Shown one piece after another: positions 1 to 12,954 of a stretch of DNA of 64,000 nt; positions within the stretch are counted from its first letter, which is position 1; each line of letters opens with the position of its first letter. The notes below the pieces were generated by a model that saw nothing but the letters and a program-made list of their open reading frames with translations, had not been told where the DNA came from and made no database searches. The position numbers and the translations under genes were made by a program. The DNA comes from Lama glama (taxonomy: Eukaryota), in the NCBI GenBank assembly GCA_028534125.1, contig CM052816.1, positions 52,888,001 to 52,952,000 of the forward strand, in the 5' to 3' direction.

Positions 1-259
1 TTTTAAATACGAAAGTGAATATAGGAAACTGTCAAAATATAAAAACACAATGAAACTTCTTTATAATGTTTTCCAAGGGTAACATTACTAAAATATTTGT
101 TCAAAGCAACAAAATAGGAAATGTGGTTTTATGGGCCTTAGAAAAAACTTTTTTAAAACAATGATATTTGAATAGAAGGTCAACAGGGAAGAAAGATCCC
201 ATAATGAAGTTAAAATGCATTTCCATTTTAAGAATTGGGAAAAACTTCATAATACTTAC

Positions 260-388
260 TTTGTAAATAGTGCAAAACCATCAATACAAGACTATAGCTG
301 CTTAAAGTACCACGACTGGCATCATTTATTTCATGGTGACTCGCCCACTTCTTAATCACCAGTACTAATGGACGAACTCGATTTTCAA
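260..388 (-). CDS. TENT2: TENT2 coding exon 9 (L)ENRVRPLVLVIKKWASHHEINDASRGTLSSYSLVLMVLHYLQ; gene continues beyond window start
   Basis: ctttcag| acceptor, |gtaagt donor; 129 nt; frame continuous with upstream exons. Confidence 0.96.
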
Positions 389-771
389 CTGAAAGTAAAA
401 TTAAAACTTAAAAAGGGTAAGAAGATATCACAGTTTCTTTGAAATTGCATTAGTTTTATCTTTTATTTCCCAACTACATGCCAATAGAAAAAGCAATGCC
501 TCCTGTTATTACACACTGTGTTCACCATAAGTGTGTCTTACTTCTGAAGCAAGCTTTAGTTACCTTTTAAAAATTACCAATTATTAAACTTCATTTTATT
601 GACTTATAACTCTGGTAGTATATGATTTTAGTGCAGCAACATATTATACATATCAGAAAATGAGACCCAATGTACATAAACACAATTAAAGAGGTGTCAA
701 TATTTACTATACACATCTTTATGAAGGAATAAAGAATGTGATAATTATTTGGAAATAAACACAAAACTTAC

Positions 772-848
772 GGTATGCATAAGTTCTGAGAAGGAATGTG
801 TTTCTTATTCCAACAACATTGTTTACATTCAAGTCGAACTCCACACAA
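772..848 (-). CDS. TENT2: TENT2 coding exon 8 CVEFDLNVNNVVGIRNTFLLRTYAY (third catalytic Asp in EFDL)
   Basis: aaatag| acceptor, |gtaagt donor; 77 nt. Confidence 0.96.
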
Positions 849-2330
849 CTATTTTAAAAAAAGAAATTAACTTCAGCTCAAGTACAAATTAAAGTAACTC
901 CCTAGTAACTAAATTCATATCCATCCATCCATCCAATGATGCAAAATAGCACAGGCCCAAAGACTTTAAAATGAGGCACTAAAGAAATAAAAATGAACAT
1001 ACTTCTAGCATGATTTAGTGTTTATTAAAGATATAAATCAAGATTATTGTTGAAAGATCAGTAATGTACCAGAAAGGCTCCAATTATTTCTTACCAAAGT
1101 TTTAATTTTGCAATCCTTTTCAGATAAAATTATGTGACCAAACACACTTCTGGACAAGTTACCACTAAGTCATACATTCTCACTCAATTTTGAACTAGAG
1201 CATCATTTGCTTTAAAATAATAGGAATGAAAAGTCAAATTAAGTACATGTGAAAAAATAAAAGCTCTGTCTACATTTTATATTCCCTCCAAAAGGGTTGG
1301 TAAATTATAATATAATGCCAAATTTAGCTACTGATATCTAGGAAGAACTACAATAGTCAAACACATAACAGAAGGGATACTTCTTTGAAAGCAAAGAGAT
1401 TATGCAATTCACAATTTAGAGAATACGGCAATAATGATGGGATCTGTAAAGAATAGCTAAACTCAAAATAAAAAGATTACTCAATATATAAGTAATGAGC
1501 CTATGTACTATCATGTCCAACTTCTGAACAATGAATTGTTCTGTGAAAAGTACCCAAAATAAAAACTTAATCAAATCTTTTAACTGTAAAATTTGAAATT
1601 TACCACTTCAGATTTTCTTGTTATGAGGAAAGAAATTATTACCTTTCAATTATCCATGCACATTAATAAAAATGGACAGTAGTATTAAGACTTCAGATGT
1701 CAATGTATCTTTGGCTTTGGGAAGCCAAAGAGTTATATTCTTTAACTGTGTTTGTACAAATCTAACACTGAAACCAGTTTGCACTTCCTCTATATAACTC
1801 AACAAAGAAGAAAAAACACTTAGATGGGAACTAGCCTGCAATTAAAATATTTTCCAAAAATATTAATTCAGAGCTTTAAAAATATCCACAGTACTTGCTT
1901 CAAATTCTACTTCTGGAAATACTAAAAAATCTTTAATATGGTAAGAAATTTATGCACAACATGCTTATTTGAACACAGAATGGTTAAGTGAATGACAATA
2001 AATTCACTCAATGAAATACTGTAAAGCAACTAAAAATGAAGACAGAAGATATTCAATGATAGAAGCAAGTATACATGATATATGGTTAAGTAAAGAAGTA
2101 TAATCTCAATTTTACAAGCTCTTATGCATTCATATTCATAAAAATTGCCTTTCCAAGCATGAAGAATTGCTCAGGCTACTTTAGAAAATCATTTCAAAGA
2201 CCAAATCATTTCTAAAAACTGATGAACATAAGCTATTAGGCTACAGCCTAAATGTCTTAATATCTGCCTCAGAAGAATACCTAAAAATTATCTAAAGCAA
2301 CTGAAAAAAGAGAACTCAATAATTATTTAC

Positions 2331-2400
2331 CTGACTTTATCCCTGAACTTCACAATTGGCACTTTAGCTCGAATCAGCTGAGGTCTCTCAATGTAACCAG
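2331..2400 (-). CDS. TENT2: TENT2 coding exon 7 (S)GYIERPQLIRAKVPIVKFRDKV(S)
   Basis: ccttcag| acceptor, AG|gtaaat donor; 70 nt; conserved AKVPIVKF motif. Confidence 0.96.
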
Positions 2401-4194
2401 CTGAAGGATAAAAGATATTATGGACATCTGTAAATGCTTCTCAAATTCAGTGGTTCAATGCACATTTCTTAAAAGTAGTATTTTACTTAGCTAAAACAAT
2501 TTAAGAAAGCACAGTCTTTGAGAGAGAAAGCAAAGACAAAAGGATATTACCAAATTCTTCTAAGATTGGAGACTCCAATACCATGTAGAGGATCTTACAT
2601 ATTAAAGGGTTATTTTCAGAAATGTGGTCTAATATCTAATAACATCTATAAAGAAGTTCATCAGAGCATTATGAGTGAGAAATATCTAGGCCAGTAGCAG
2701 GAGGATAGCTAAATTCTGGGACAGCACATGGCAAGATATTATGGCTGCCACAGAAATCATATTTACAAAGAATCTTAAATGTGGAAATGCTGGCAACATG
2801 ATACATGGGGCAGTAATACATTCAAATAAGTATGATCTCTAAGAAGAACACATATATACATACTTTTTATTCCACTGAACTTAAAAAACAAATTTTTTTC
2901 TGAGTCAAAATACATGTTTATTGTAGAAATTTAGGAAAATACAGAAATGTGTAAGAGAGAAACTCTGCAAACTTTTCCCAAATGAACAATTTCATACTGT
3001 TTTAACTAAAGAAATACATAATACCACATTTTGAAACTAAAAATTCTCTGTTATGATGCTTTTTAACACCAAAATCATAAAATGTATCAAGTTTCAAATA
3101 GAATTATTTGCAGGAATTCAGTGAAGTTAGATGAAAAATAAGATTAAGAGTTAAAAGTTTTGAGTTCCAAGTACAGGTTCAGACACCAACAAATTATACT
3201 CCTCAGGCAAGTTACTAAACCCACTGATTACCAGTTTCCTTAACTATTAAAAATAACAACAACCGCCCCCCCCCGCGCCAAAAACCCCCCAACACTTTCA
3301 TTTGAATTACATGATCTCTAAGGTCCCTTTTACTTTTAATATTTTATGATTCTAATAACAGTTATTACAAATTCACTTAAGGTACAAATTACTCCTTTAT
3401 TTTACAGATGTGAAAATTCAAGTCTACAGAAATAAATTTCTTGACTTACTTCTTTCCTACAACTGATATAAGTTGTTCAAGGGCAATAACTTGCTAAGTA
3501 ACTTTGTATTTTCCAGCTCAAAGCCTGACACATAGGAATATTTGTTAAGTAAATGGACAAACTGTCTTCCCAACATCTGAAAGTGTGACTTCAAAAAAAC
3601 AAAAAAGTGTGATTTCAACTGTCAACAGTATTCTTGGAAACGGCTGGCTTAACATGTGGATTAAAATCTGCTTAGCTAGCTTATTCAAAGAATAAAATCT
3701 TCCAATAAAATGGCCTAAGTCAGTAATTTTGCTTTCTGTTAGATTAATACACTTGGGCTTCGTGTTTTTAAAACAAGATTTATGCCAATGCAAAACAGAT
3801 GAAATTCTCTCTTCCTCACGTGAATATCTGTAAGATTTTATCCGTACAATTCTTTTGGCTTCTCACAGATACTCTGCATTATGGCTATCTACATTCATGC
3901 TTTAGCTTCCCTCACAGTCTACAACCTTTTGAGAGAAATAACTGAAGCTTACATATCTTTGAATTCCCCACAACTTTCAGTTGGAGAGCTTGCAAATAAA
4001 CTCAATAAGGAATTGTTGAATAAATGGTTAGTCTTCTTAATCAAAAGTTAAAAGGAGTTCATTTGGGGAAAAGGATCCACATTATACCTAACCTAACCAG
4101 AAAACAAACAATTCTAACCAGAAAATAAAGTGAGAGACATTTTAAATAAATAGTTATGTCGATGACATATGAACATGAGGCATGTGAGACTTAC

Positions 4195-4273
4195 AAAGTC
4201 TAGTACAGAAGTGTTTATGGACTAAGGTGAGTATATGCCGTGCTTCAGTCTTCTGATTTACCTGAAAAAAATA
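4195..4273 (-). CDS. TENT2: TENT2 coding exon 6 YFFQVNQKTEARHILTLVHKHFCTRL (alternative acceptor at 4261 drops YFFQ)
   Basis: ttttcag|TATTTTTTTCAG|GTAAATCAG tandem acceptors; |gtaagt donor; 79 or 67 nt. Confidence 0.94.
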
Positions 4274-5717
4274 CTGAAAAGTTAAAAATAAAGTGTTTTT
4301 TCATTATCTTTCTAAACTTAGTGTTTTATTTTCTTAATGTATCTCACCTAAAAGGAAACATACAAAGTATACTTTTCTTTGGAGTTATTTTTCAATATAC
4401 ACTAAATTATATTATTTAAAAAGTCAACCTTTACACTTTTACATCAGCATTTTTTTTTACATCAGCATTTCTAAATCAATTTCTGATTTTAAACTTAAAA
4501 ACACAGTTTTAAAAGAAATATTGAAACAGCCATATGTCATTTCTTTAGTATAAATGTACAAAAAGCAATCATCTCCAAAAAAAAAAAACCCAGAATTTTA
4601 ACTTTCTGTAACCTATTTTATTTCCCTATCTAAATTGTGAGTTGCTTAAAGAAGATTCAAATCCATGGTGTTTCAGTATAAGTTGTGATAACATGATTCA
4701 GACATGTGAATAAGACTAGAGGATCAGTGGGATGTACCTAAGTATAATCTAATTGCATGAGAGAAAGTTTTAATTAAAACTCTAGTATTCTCCACTGTGT
4801 TTATTATTTCTGAGGTTTCTTTTGTTTTCTTTTTCCATTTTCCTTTATATGATTTCAAAGCCTAGAAAAATACTGAGTTTCTTTCCTAGAATAATCTCTT
4901 TCTGATTTGCAGTAACTAGAAACCAATTTTGTTAGTGGACTAATAAGAACAGTAAAAATACGTATTACCATTCAATAGAGTTCTTATATTCTTTAAGAGG
5001 TGGAATATAAGGCATATTAAAATTATGCTGAAATTAATTTAATCTTTGGTAATTCAGAAGAGACCTCAGCATATTAAACAGCCTACTCAGGTCAGCTTAA
5101 TGAACACCAATTATTGTAGAATTAAGGACACACAAAAATATCCGTTAATAGGAAATTCAAATAGACATAATACTAAATAACAAAATTTGGTTGCTAAATA
5201 AGAAGAAACAAAGTCAAAATATCAGAGAAAATTACTTCAAATCACAACAGGCTTATTTTAACTTCAGCGAACTCTCTTTTTGAATTCCCCAAACAAGTAC
5301 TCCAAATCCTATTGTATTTTCAAGAGGGAAATAATAAAGCTTAAAAATAGAATCACTTACAACTCAAATGGAAGAATATATATTAAGAAGATAAAGACAT
5401 GCTCTTCCTCATTACTGCCCCTGGTAACATATCACACCCAATGACATTTCACAGAGGCAGAGTTCTTTAAAAACACATAGTGAAGCCATCTCATTTTAAC
5501 AACTTTGAAATAAATTAATGCCAGAATTTGTTATGCTTATTGTGTACATGCCTTAAAAGAAAAAGAAGCATTTCCTGGCTTTCCTTGAATTACTATAAAC
5601 AGAGAATCCAAAGAAGCAATTAAAACAAAACAGGTTTTTCCTCAATGACTTTTATATGAAATTTCTTAAATGACTTATCATGATAAACACACTTAGAATA
5701 AATGTTTCATTACTTAC

Positions 5718-5809
5718 TGGCTCTTCTTTAACAACTAGGCATAAATCACCATCACTGCTCCGAGTACCAAATCCATTTAAAGAGGACCCAACTAAAAAAA
5801 GCCTGCTTT
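5718..5809 (-). CDS. TENT2: TENT2 coding exon 5 (Q)SRLFLVGSSLNGFGTRSSDGDLCLVVKEEP, nucleotidyltransferase GSS...DxD catalytic motif
   Basis: tctctag| acceptor, |gtaagt donor; 92 nt; Pol-beta-like NTase signature. Confidence 0.97.
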
Positions 5810-5901
5810 CTAGAGAAACAGAAGAGAATTATAAGGTATTATTTAAAATTTAAAAATAGGGATGCATGTACTTAAAGGGCATGCAAAACAGGGAAACATA
5901 C

Positions 5902-6016
5902 GTGGAAATAACAGCTGAATTTCTCTCTGCAGCTGTGTTCGACAGAGTTCTTTCTTCTTTAAATCACTTACTTGCTGCTGACAGGATTCAAATAACTCCA
6001 GTATCTGCTGACTCAA
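5902..6016 (-). CDS. TENT2: TENT2 coding exon 4 LSQQILELFESCQQQVSDLKKKELCRTQLQREIQLLFP
   Basis: ttcaag| acceptor, |gtatgt donor; 115 nt; follows a ~17-kb intron. Confidence 0.95.
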
Positions 6017-6258
6017 CTTGAATGCACCAAAAAAAAAAAAAGTGAAAATTCTGTTTAGAAATGTAAGTTATTACTATATTGAACAGTGTGAAATTACTGA
6101 CAGTATTTCAAAAATATGTATTATCTCCTTAACACTTTCTAATATAAAACTACTGTTACTCAAGTAACAGTGATTATTTAGTAACCGAAATAATTACCAA
6201 CTTCTACAAAGTAAAGTATCACTTACAAGTCACAGATAATTTATAATGAATATAATCC

Positions 6259-6435
6259 ACGGGTCAGCAAATTACAACCTTCGGTTGCTGCATCTGGGAC
6301 AGGAGCTAGGAATGGTTTTTACATTTTTAAAGGATTATAAAAACAAACAAAAAGATGCAAAAGAAACCATATGTGAGTGGCAAAGTCTAAAATATTTACT
6401 ATCTGGCTCTTTAAAGAAGTTTACCCAACCCCTGG
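6259..6435 (+). mobile_element. MER58-family hAT-Charlie MITE
   Basis: gggtcagcaaattac...aaaatatttactatctggctcttta...ccaacccctg termini resemble the recalled MER58 consensus. Confidence 0.7.
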
Positions 6436-7454
6436 TATTCATACAACGAATACCAAACACTACAGAATTTAAAAGTAAAGTCCCTGGTTGTCTATGCTCA
6501 GGCAAGCCACTCTCTTCTCCATTCTTAAAACATTCCCTGAACCCTGCCTTCTTGTTGCCATCTACAGACAGATGTCCCCGCTTATCTACCCATCTGGTTC
6601 ACACTTTTCCCTCCAACTCGCCTCTTGCCATCACCACAGGTGACTTCTCTATCTATAATAGGCTAAGTATCATAAAATATTCCCCACCATTTCTGAACTT
6701 TTTTTACTCCAATATTTTTCATCAGTGTTACACTCCCACAGCCATAATAAATGTCTTTACAATAAAATGGAACTTCTCTAGCTCTAAAATTTTGAATTTC
6801 AGTGTACTATCTTGGCTTTAATTTGTCCAATTATCACTTTCTTACTCCCCTCATACCTGCTCTAGAGCCACACAGACGAGGATTCTCTTGAATCCTCCCT
6901 TTTCTCCCAATCCAACAGCACCTGAAATAGCATCATTTCCTTCCCTACCAAGTCTATACCCAAAATGCATCCCTTGAACCACTCTCTTTTATCATGCCTT
7001 AACAACTTTATACCCTTGTCATACTCTTAACACCTGCCCTACAAAATCCTAATTTTAACTTCAATACAAACAACCACCTTCTCTGCTCTTATATCTGAAT
7101 TACTAACAGAAAAAAATAAAAAAATCATAAAATTGGTATCTTTCAAATTTAGAGTTTAAGAACTAACCTAAAGGTTGGCCCTTAACATCTTGTCTATAGG
7201 TACTACTACCCACCCTCTTCCTTAAACTGAGGGGTTCAATTCAGTGTGGAACAGCAATCAAAACTGGGAGGGAGCTTCACAAACTACAATTCACAGGTAA
7301 ATGCAAGAGGATCACACAAAGATCAGAAATCTCAACACTAAATGAAACTCCCTACTGAGACAAAGCAACACAGCAAGCAGAAACTGCTAGGAAAAGAAAT
7401 CTAAAACAAGCAGTACAGAGCTATTTAGGGGTAAAGGAAAGACAGTCTAGAACT

Positions 7455-7662
7455 AGAATGATTCTGACTCCCAGAGAACATCTGACAATGTCTGGAAACA
7501 GTTTTGTTTATAATTGGGTGAGTAGGGATTACAGGGTGGTCACTGGCATCCAGTAGGTAAAGGCCAGGATGCCAGCTAACATCCTACAATGCACGGGACA
7601 ATCCCCTACAGCAAAGATAATCTGACCAAAAACGCTAATATTGCAGAAGGTGAAAAACCCTG
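7455..7662 (+). mobile_element. MER20 hAT-Charlie transposon
   Basis: ctggcatccagtaggtaaaggccaggatgc...catcctacaatgcac...gaaaaaccctg. Confidence 0.8.
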
Positions 7663-8129
7663 GTCTAGATAAAAGTAGGGAAGGAGAAGAGAAAAGGTCT
7701 CAGAAAGTATGTTTCTGAACACTATATAACAACAGAAGAAGAATCCTAGAGCCACAAACCTAAGAAAGCTAGTTTGTCCAACCCTACTCATATTAAGAGT
7801 GGTATAGGAAAAGCCATCTCATCTTAAACACAAGTAACATAAAAGAACTGGAATCTCAAAAAGAGGGGCAAGAATGAGAGGACAGAAAAAAAAGTTGAAG
7901 AAATAACGCTACAAAAGAATTCTAGTCAATTCACATACAAACTTTGTAAGAAAAATGACAAGAGTAACATTCCTACAGATAATGAAGCACACCAGAAAGA
8001 CATGTCCACAAAACTAATGAAAATTTTAATATAGTACGTAGAACCAAGGCTTTTTCTCTCATGTCTTAGTTTTCTAAAAAGATCACTGATTATAAAGTAT
8101 ACATACTAGCAAAAAAAAGAGAATTTATA

Positions 8130-8750
8130 TTTTTAAAACTATCAAAGGTAGCAAAAAAAATGAAATATTTAGAAATACATTTTACAACAGATATACAAAA
8201 CCTATACACTGAAAATTACTAAATACTGATGAAAGAAATTAAACACCAAACGAGATATACCATGTTCATGGATCAGAAAACTATTGTTAAAATGTTAATT
8301 CTCCTGAAGTTGATCAGAGCCAACACAATCAAAAAAATTTTAAAAAATTTTAAATCAAAGCCCAGCAAGTTTGTTTCTAAAATTGAAAAAATAATTTTAA
8401 ATTCTGTTTGGGAAGGCAAAAAACCAAAATCCAAGAACAAGAAGAAATAAATTGGAGGATTTACCACACCTAACTTCTAGACTTAACCATATAGCTACAG
8501 TAATCAAAACAGTATGGCAGTGGGAAAAGGAGATAAAAAATAGTTTTAAAAAACCCCACAATATTGAAATATTCATGAATGAAATGATATGATACCTGAT
8601 ATTTGCTCCAAACTAATAAGGTAGGGAGGTACAGACGAAATAAGATTGGTCCTATGTTGGTAATTGTTAAAATTTGGTGTCATGAAAATTTATGATACTA
8701 TATCCTCTATTTTTATATATATTTGACATTTTCCAAAATAAAAAGCTTTT
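8130..8750 (+). mobile_element. Old L1M fragments (ORF2 piece followed by an old L1MC/ME-like 3' end)
   Basis: Degenerate ORF2-like sequence (ORF 8229..8450; aattggaggatttaccacacctaacttc...atagctacagtaatcaaaacagtatgg). Confidence 0.7.
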
Positions 8751-8857
8751 TTAAACACATCCATCTTTACAAAAAGATGTGAAAAAGGTTTAAGTGTTAA
8801 ATGGTTAATATAAAATTTTAAACGGTACTTGAATAAATAAGTTTTATTCACCCAGAG

Positions 8858-9064
8858 TAGGGTTGGCGAACTATGGCCTGGAGGCCAAATACTGCCTCTG
8901 GCCTGTTTTAGAGGGTAAGTAAACTAAAAATGATTTTTATATTTTTAAAGCACTGTTTAAAACAGAAAGAAAAAAAAATATGTGACAGAGGGCCCATGCA
9001 GCTCACACATGTCTAAAATATTTACTATTTGACACTTTACAAGAAAGGTTTTGCCAACCCCCTG
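8858..9064 (+). mobile_element. MER58-family hAT MITE
   Basis: Terminal inverted repeats tagggttggcgaa / ttgccaacccctg; degenerate 8-bp TSD acccagag/atctagag. Confidence 0.8.
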
Positions 9065-12000
9065 ATCTAGAGACTCAGTTAAGCACATCAAGATTGCTAA
9101 AAGTCAGAGTAGATACTTAACATCTGCTGAATAACAAAAAGAAATTTCTTTGCAACAATTCTCAAAAGAAATTTCATTATATTTAACTTTTTTCATCTGA
9201 ATGACTAGGCTCATATAGAAATACTCATAATGAAAAAATGTATGATTATGAAGAAAATAACAAAATTCCACATATTTGCTCCTCTCCTTTTTCTAAATTC
9301 ATGGGAACATTTCTCCTCTTTCAGTTACTACTATAAAGGAGGTCTAATAGGTTTTATACAAATAAATTTTCCTATTATCTAGTCACATTGTTGATTCACA
9401 TTATCAAATTATGTTACTGTATCCTAGAAAGAATATAGAGTCCAGATGAGACAAAAACTCAAAAGAAATGCACATGTATGCTGAAACAAGACTACTCTTA
9501 CTTAAATTTACAGAACTATTTCAGAAGATGGCTCAATGGTCTTATAATTCTGGGGGAAAAAAGAAAATGTATGATATGAAATCTCTTTGGCTGAATATCA
9601 GGCATCAAATATTTATATCATGTATGTAATAACAGGCTGAGTATGCATAATATCATTTCAAGAACTTTAATTATTTTTGTTTCATTCTAAAGCAAAAATT
9701 TCCTTATCATTAGTTTAAAAAAAAAACTATTGCAACAAAGCATCTGTAAAGCAGATTATTCTTAAAATTGTTTAAATTTCTACAATACTACCAGTTTAGT
9801 CTGCCTGTCAAGCTCTATTACTTTAATTTAAATTAATTCTGTAAGAGATCTATTTCTCACCATATATAAAAATTATATTTGCTCAAAATTGTATAGAAAG
9901 TAAGATTTACCTAGTATAGTTTAAAATATTAAAGTCAGTATTTCTTACAAATATCAAAGTTCACTTTCCATAAAAAATATAACCTATCCTCAAAGTCAGG
10001 CTCAAACCAAACTACTAATAAAGTTATCATTGTCTAAGGTCAACACAAGCCATTAAAGACAAGTATGGATGTGGATTCAGAAAAGTTTTAAAATGTGTCA
10101 GTAAATAAAGCTTAAGGTATAACTCCTGCAAGGTATTCTCAGCAGATTTTCCATTTGTCCCTGTTAGCTGAGTCCCCATGTAAAAGAAAGTGAAAAACCT
10201 TTCAGCTGGGAACACCAAGATCTAATCATTTACTACAACATATGAAAAATGGTAACAGGGTTTTGGCTAAATATAAGTGCAATCTACAAACAACAAACAC
10301 AAATTAGCAATGAGCTTTCAAGAAAGGAGAAATAAAATTAAATATGGCACAGAAAACATTAGTTCATTAGGTCATTAGTTCATAAACATTTCAACAAAAA
10401 CTGGCAATTCCTCAGGCTCTCTCATTGCCATAATCTTTGTTACATACCTAACTGTAGAAAAAGCTGGTATCAATTACTGAGTAATCTAAAACTAGATATG
10501 TAATAAAAGTTTAAATTCATTCTTGATGTTGAATTTCCTTTCTCTTCACATTAAATAAAATAAAATAGAATCAGGAAAATGTCATGCTGAAAATAATGTG
10601 CTGTCATCCTTATTAGCACGTTAAATTACTATGCTTTTGTGTATGGTCATAATGTATAGCCTTCTTAATTTATAAATTGTTACATTCATTAGGCAGTATG
10701 AACTACTGATTTCTCTCCCTGAACCTTGACTGCTTTTAGGCACATATTATTACCTGAACATAGTCAAAAAAGAATTGCCTAAATAAAGGAGGGTGGAAAA
10801 AAACAAAAGCTTTCACTTGAGGATCTCTTGGGCTAAGTCCCAGCCTAGATTTTCCACATGAATTTACATCTCAGTAGCTTTTAAAACTTTTCTGACAGAC
10901 ATATACATTATAAAAGATAGAGCCCTAGGAATAAATTTAACTAAGGAGGCAAAAGATCTGTACAACAAAAACTATAAAATATTGATGAAAGAAACTGAAG
11001 ACTACAAAAGATATCCCATTCATGGATCAGAAGAACTAAAACTGTTAAAATATCCATAGTACTCAAAGCAATCTATAGATGTAATGCAATCCCTATCAAA
11101 CTTCCAATGATATTTTTCACAGAAATAAAAAAAAGCAATTCTAAAATTCATACGGAACCACCAATGATCCAGAATAACTATAGCAATCTTAAGCAAGAAG
11201 AACAAAGATAGAGACATGACCCTTTCTGATTTCAAATTCTATTACAAAGCTATCGTAATCAAAACAGTATGATATGGGCATAAAAACACACACAGAGACC
11301 AATGAACATAATAGAGAGCCCCCCCAAAACCACACACATATATGGTTAACTAAAAGGTGCCAAGATTATACAATACAAAAAGGATAGTCTTCAACAGTGT
11401 TGAGAAAACTGGATATCTACATGCAAAAGAATGAAATCAGACCCTTATCTTACACCATACATAAAAATCAACTCAAAATGGATTAAAGACTTAATTGTAA
11501 AACCTGAAACTGTAAAACTCCTATAAGAAAACATAGGGGAAAGCTCCTTGGCCTTGATCTTGACAGAGTTTTTTTGTATTTGACACCAAAAGCACAAACA
11601 AAAGTAAAAAATCAACAAACGGAATGACATCAAACTAAAAAGTTTCTGTACAGCAAAAGAGTCAACAAAATGAAAAAGCAACATACAGAATGGGAGAAAA
11701 TATCTGCAAACCATATATCTGAGAAAGGGTTAATATTCAAAATATGTAAGAAACTCTCACAACTCAATAGCAAAACTACAAATGATCCAATTTAAAAAGG
11801 ACCCAAAGAGAAGCAAGATGGCAGAGTAGAAGGACACTTGTAGCTCACCCTCTCCCACAAATACACCAAAACTCACATCTACGGACCCACGCAGCCAACC
11901 AGAGCACCTGCGGAACGCCGACAGAACACTGTCGCCAAGATAAAGACGCCAAAAATCTGGTAGGAGAAAAGGAAAAAAGAAAGAAGAAAAAGCAAAACAG

Positions 12001-12954
12001 TGTGGGATCGGTCCCACAGGGAGGGAGTGGCAAAGGAGGAATAGTGCTCATTCGCTGAGTCTCCCGCCTCCAGCAGAGAGGCCAGTGGGATGGAGGGGGA
12101 GCCTCAGAGGCTTAGATCTTCCCCAAGCACCCCTTGACTGACAGAACTAAGTTAAATGGGCACAAAGGGTCCCCACAACACCCAGCCCGAGACATGAGCC
12201 AGCAGCTGGGGGTTGGGACAGGCTGCCCAAGCAGGGCAGAGGACTGTGGCGGATGCACTGAGGCAGCCCCAGGGGACTGCAGGGGGCTGAGCACTGTGGC
12301 TGGGAGGGGATATGGAGCAGAACAACCTCCGTCCCCCAAAAATTGCGAAAAAAGCAAAGCAACACGGCAGGTGTGCCCTGGGGGGAGAGGCGCCATAGCC
12401 TTTGTCTCCTCAGACCCATGGTGCCATTACTGGAGCTTCTCAGGAGAAGAGAGGCAGGGCGAAGCCACAGCCGCCATATCCTCCTGTGCGCCATATCCTC
12501 CTGTGTGCAGCGCCTGGGCAGGGGGCGGGACCGAAACCTGAATCAGCACAGGAGTTGGGGGGGGGGGGGCTCCGCAACCTCCTAGGCAGGACTGAGACTT
12601 GTTTATAGCCAGAGGCAGACAGGATCTTTCTGCCCCCGCACCTCAGAGAACTTGCAGCACCAAGACAAACAAGGAGCTGAGATTTGGCCCCGAGCAGGGG
12701 TGGGGCTGTTTCACGGTCTTCTCCAAGCCGCCTACAGAGCGCCAACCCGAGGCGGAGAGGACAGCTGCACAGAGCAGCGGAGGGACCAGCGCAGGGAGAG
12801 GGCGGGCAGCCACCTGCCTTCCTGGCAGGAACGCAGCACCTGACCATTGTGCTGGGAGGGGGCGCGATCGGCCCACCTGCCTCACCCAAGCACAGCAACT
12901 GAGTGCAACATCGGAAGGGGGAGTGACCTGCCTGCCCACTGGTGCCAGAGAGAT

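Noticed and set aside
6246..6821. 191-aa plus-strand ORF, the longest gap-free ORF in the window
   Set aside because: Runs across a MER58 element and degenerate L2-like sequence antisense within an intron; no recognisable domain.
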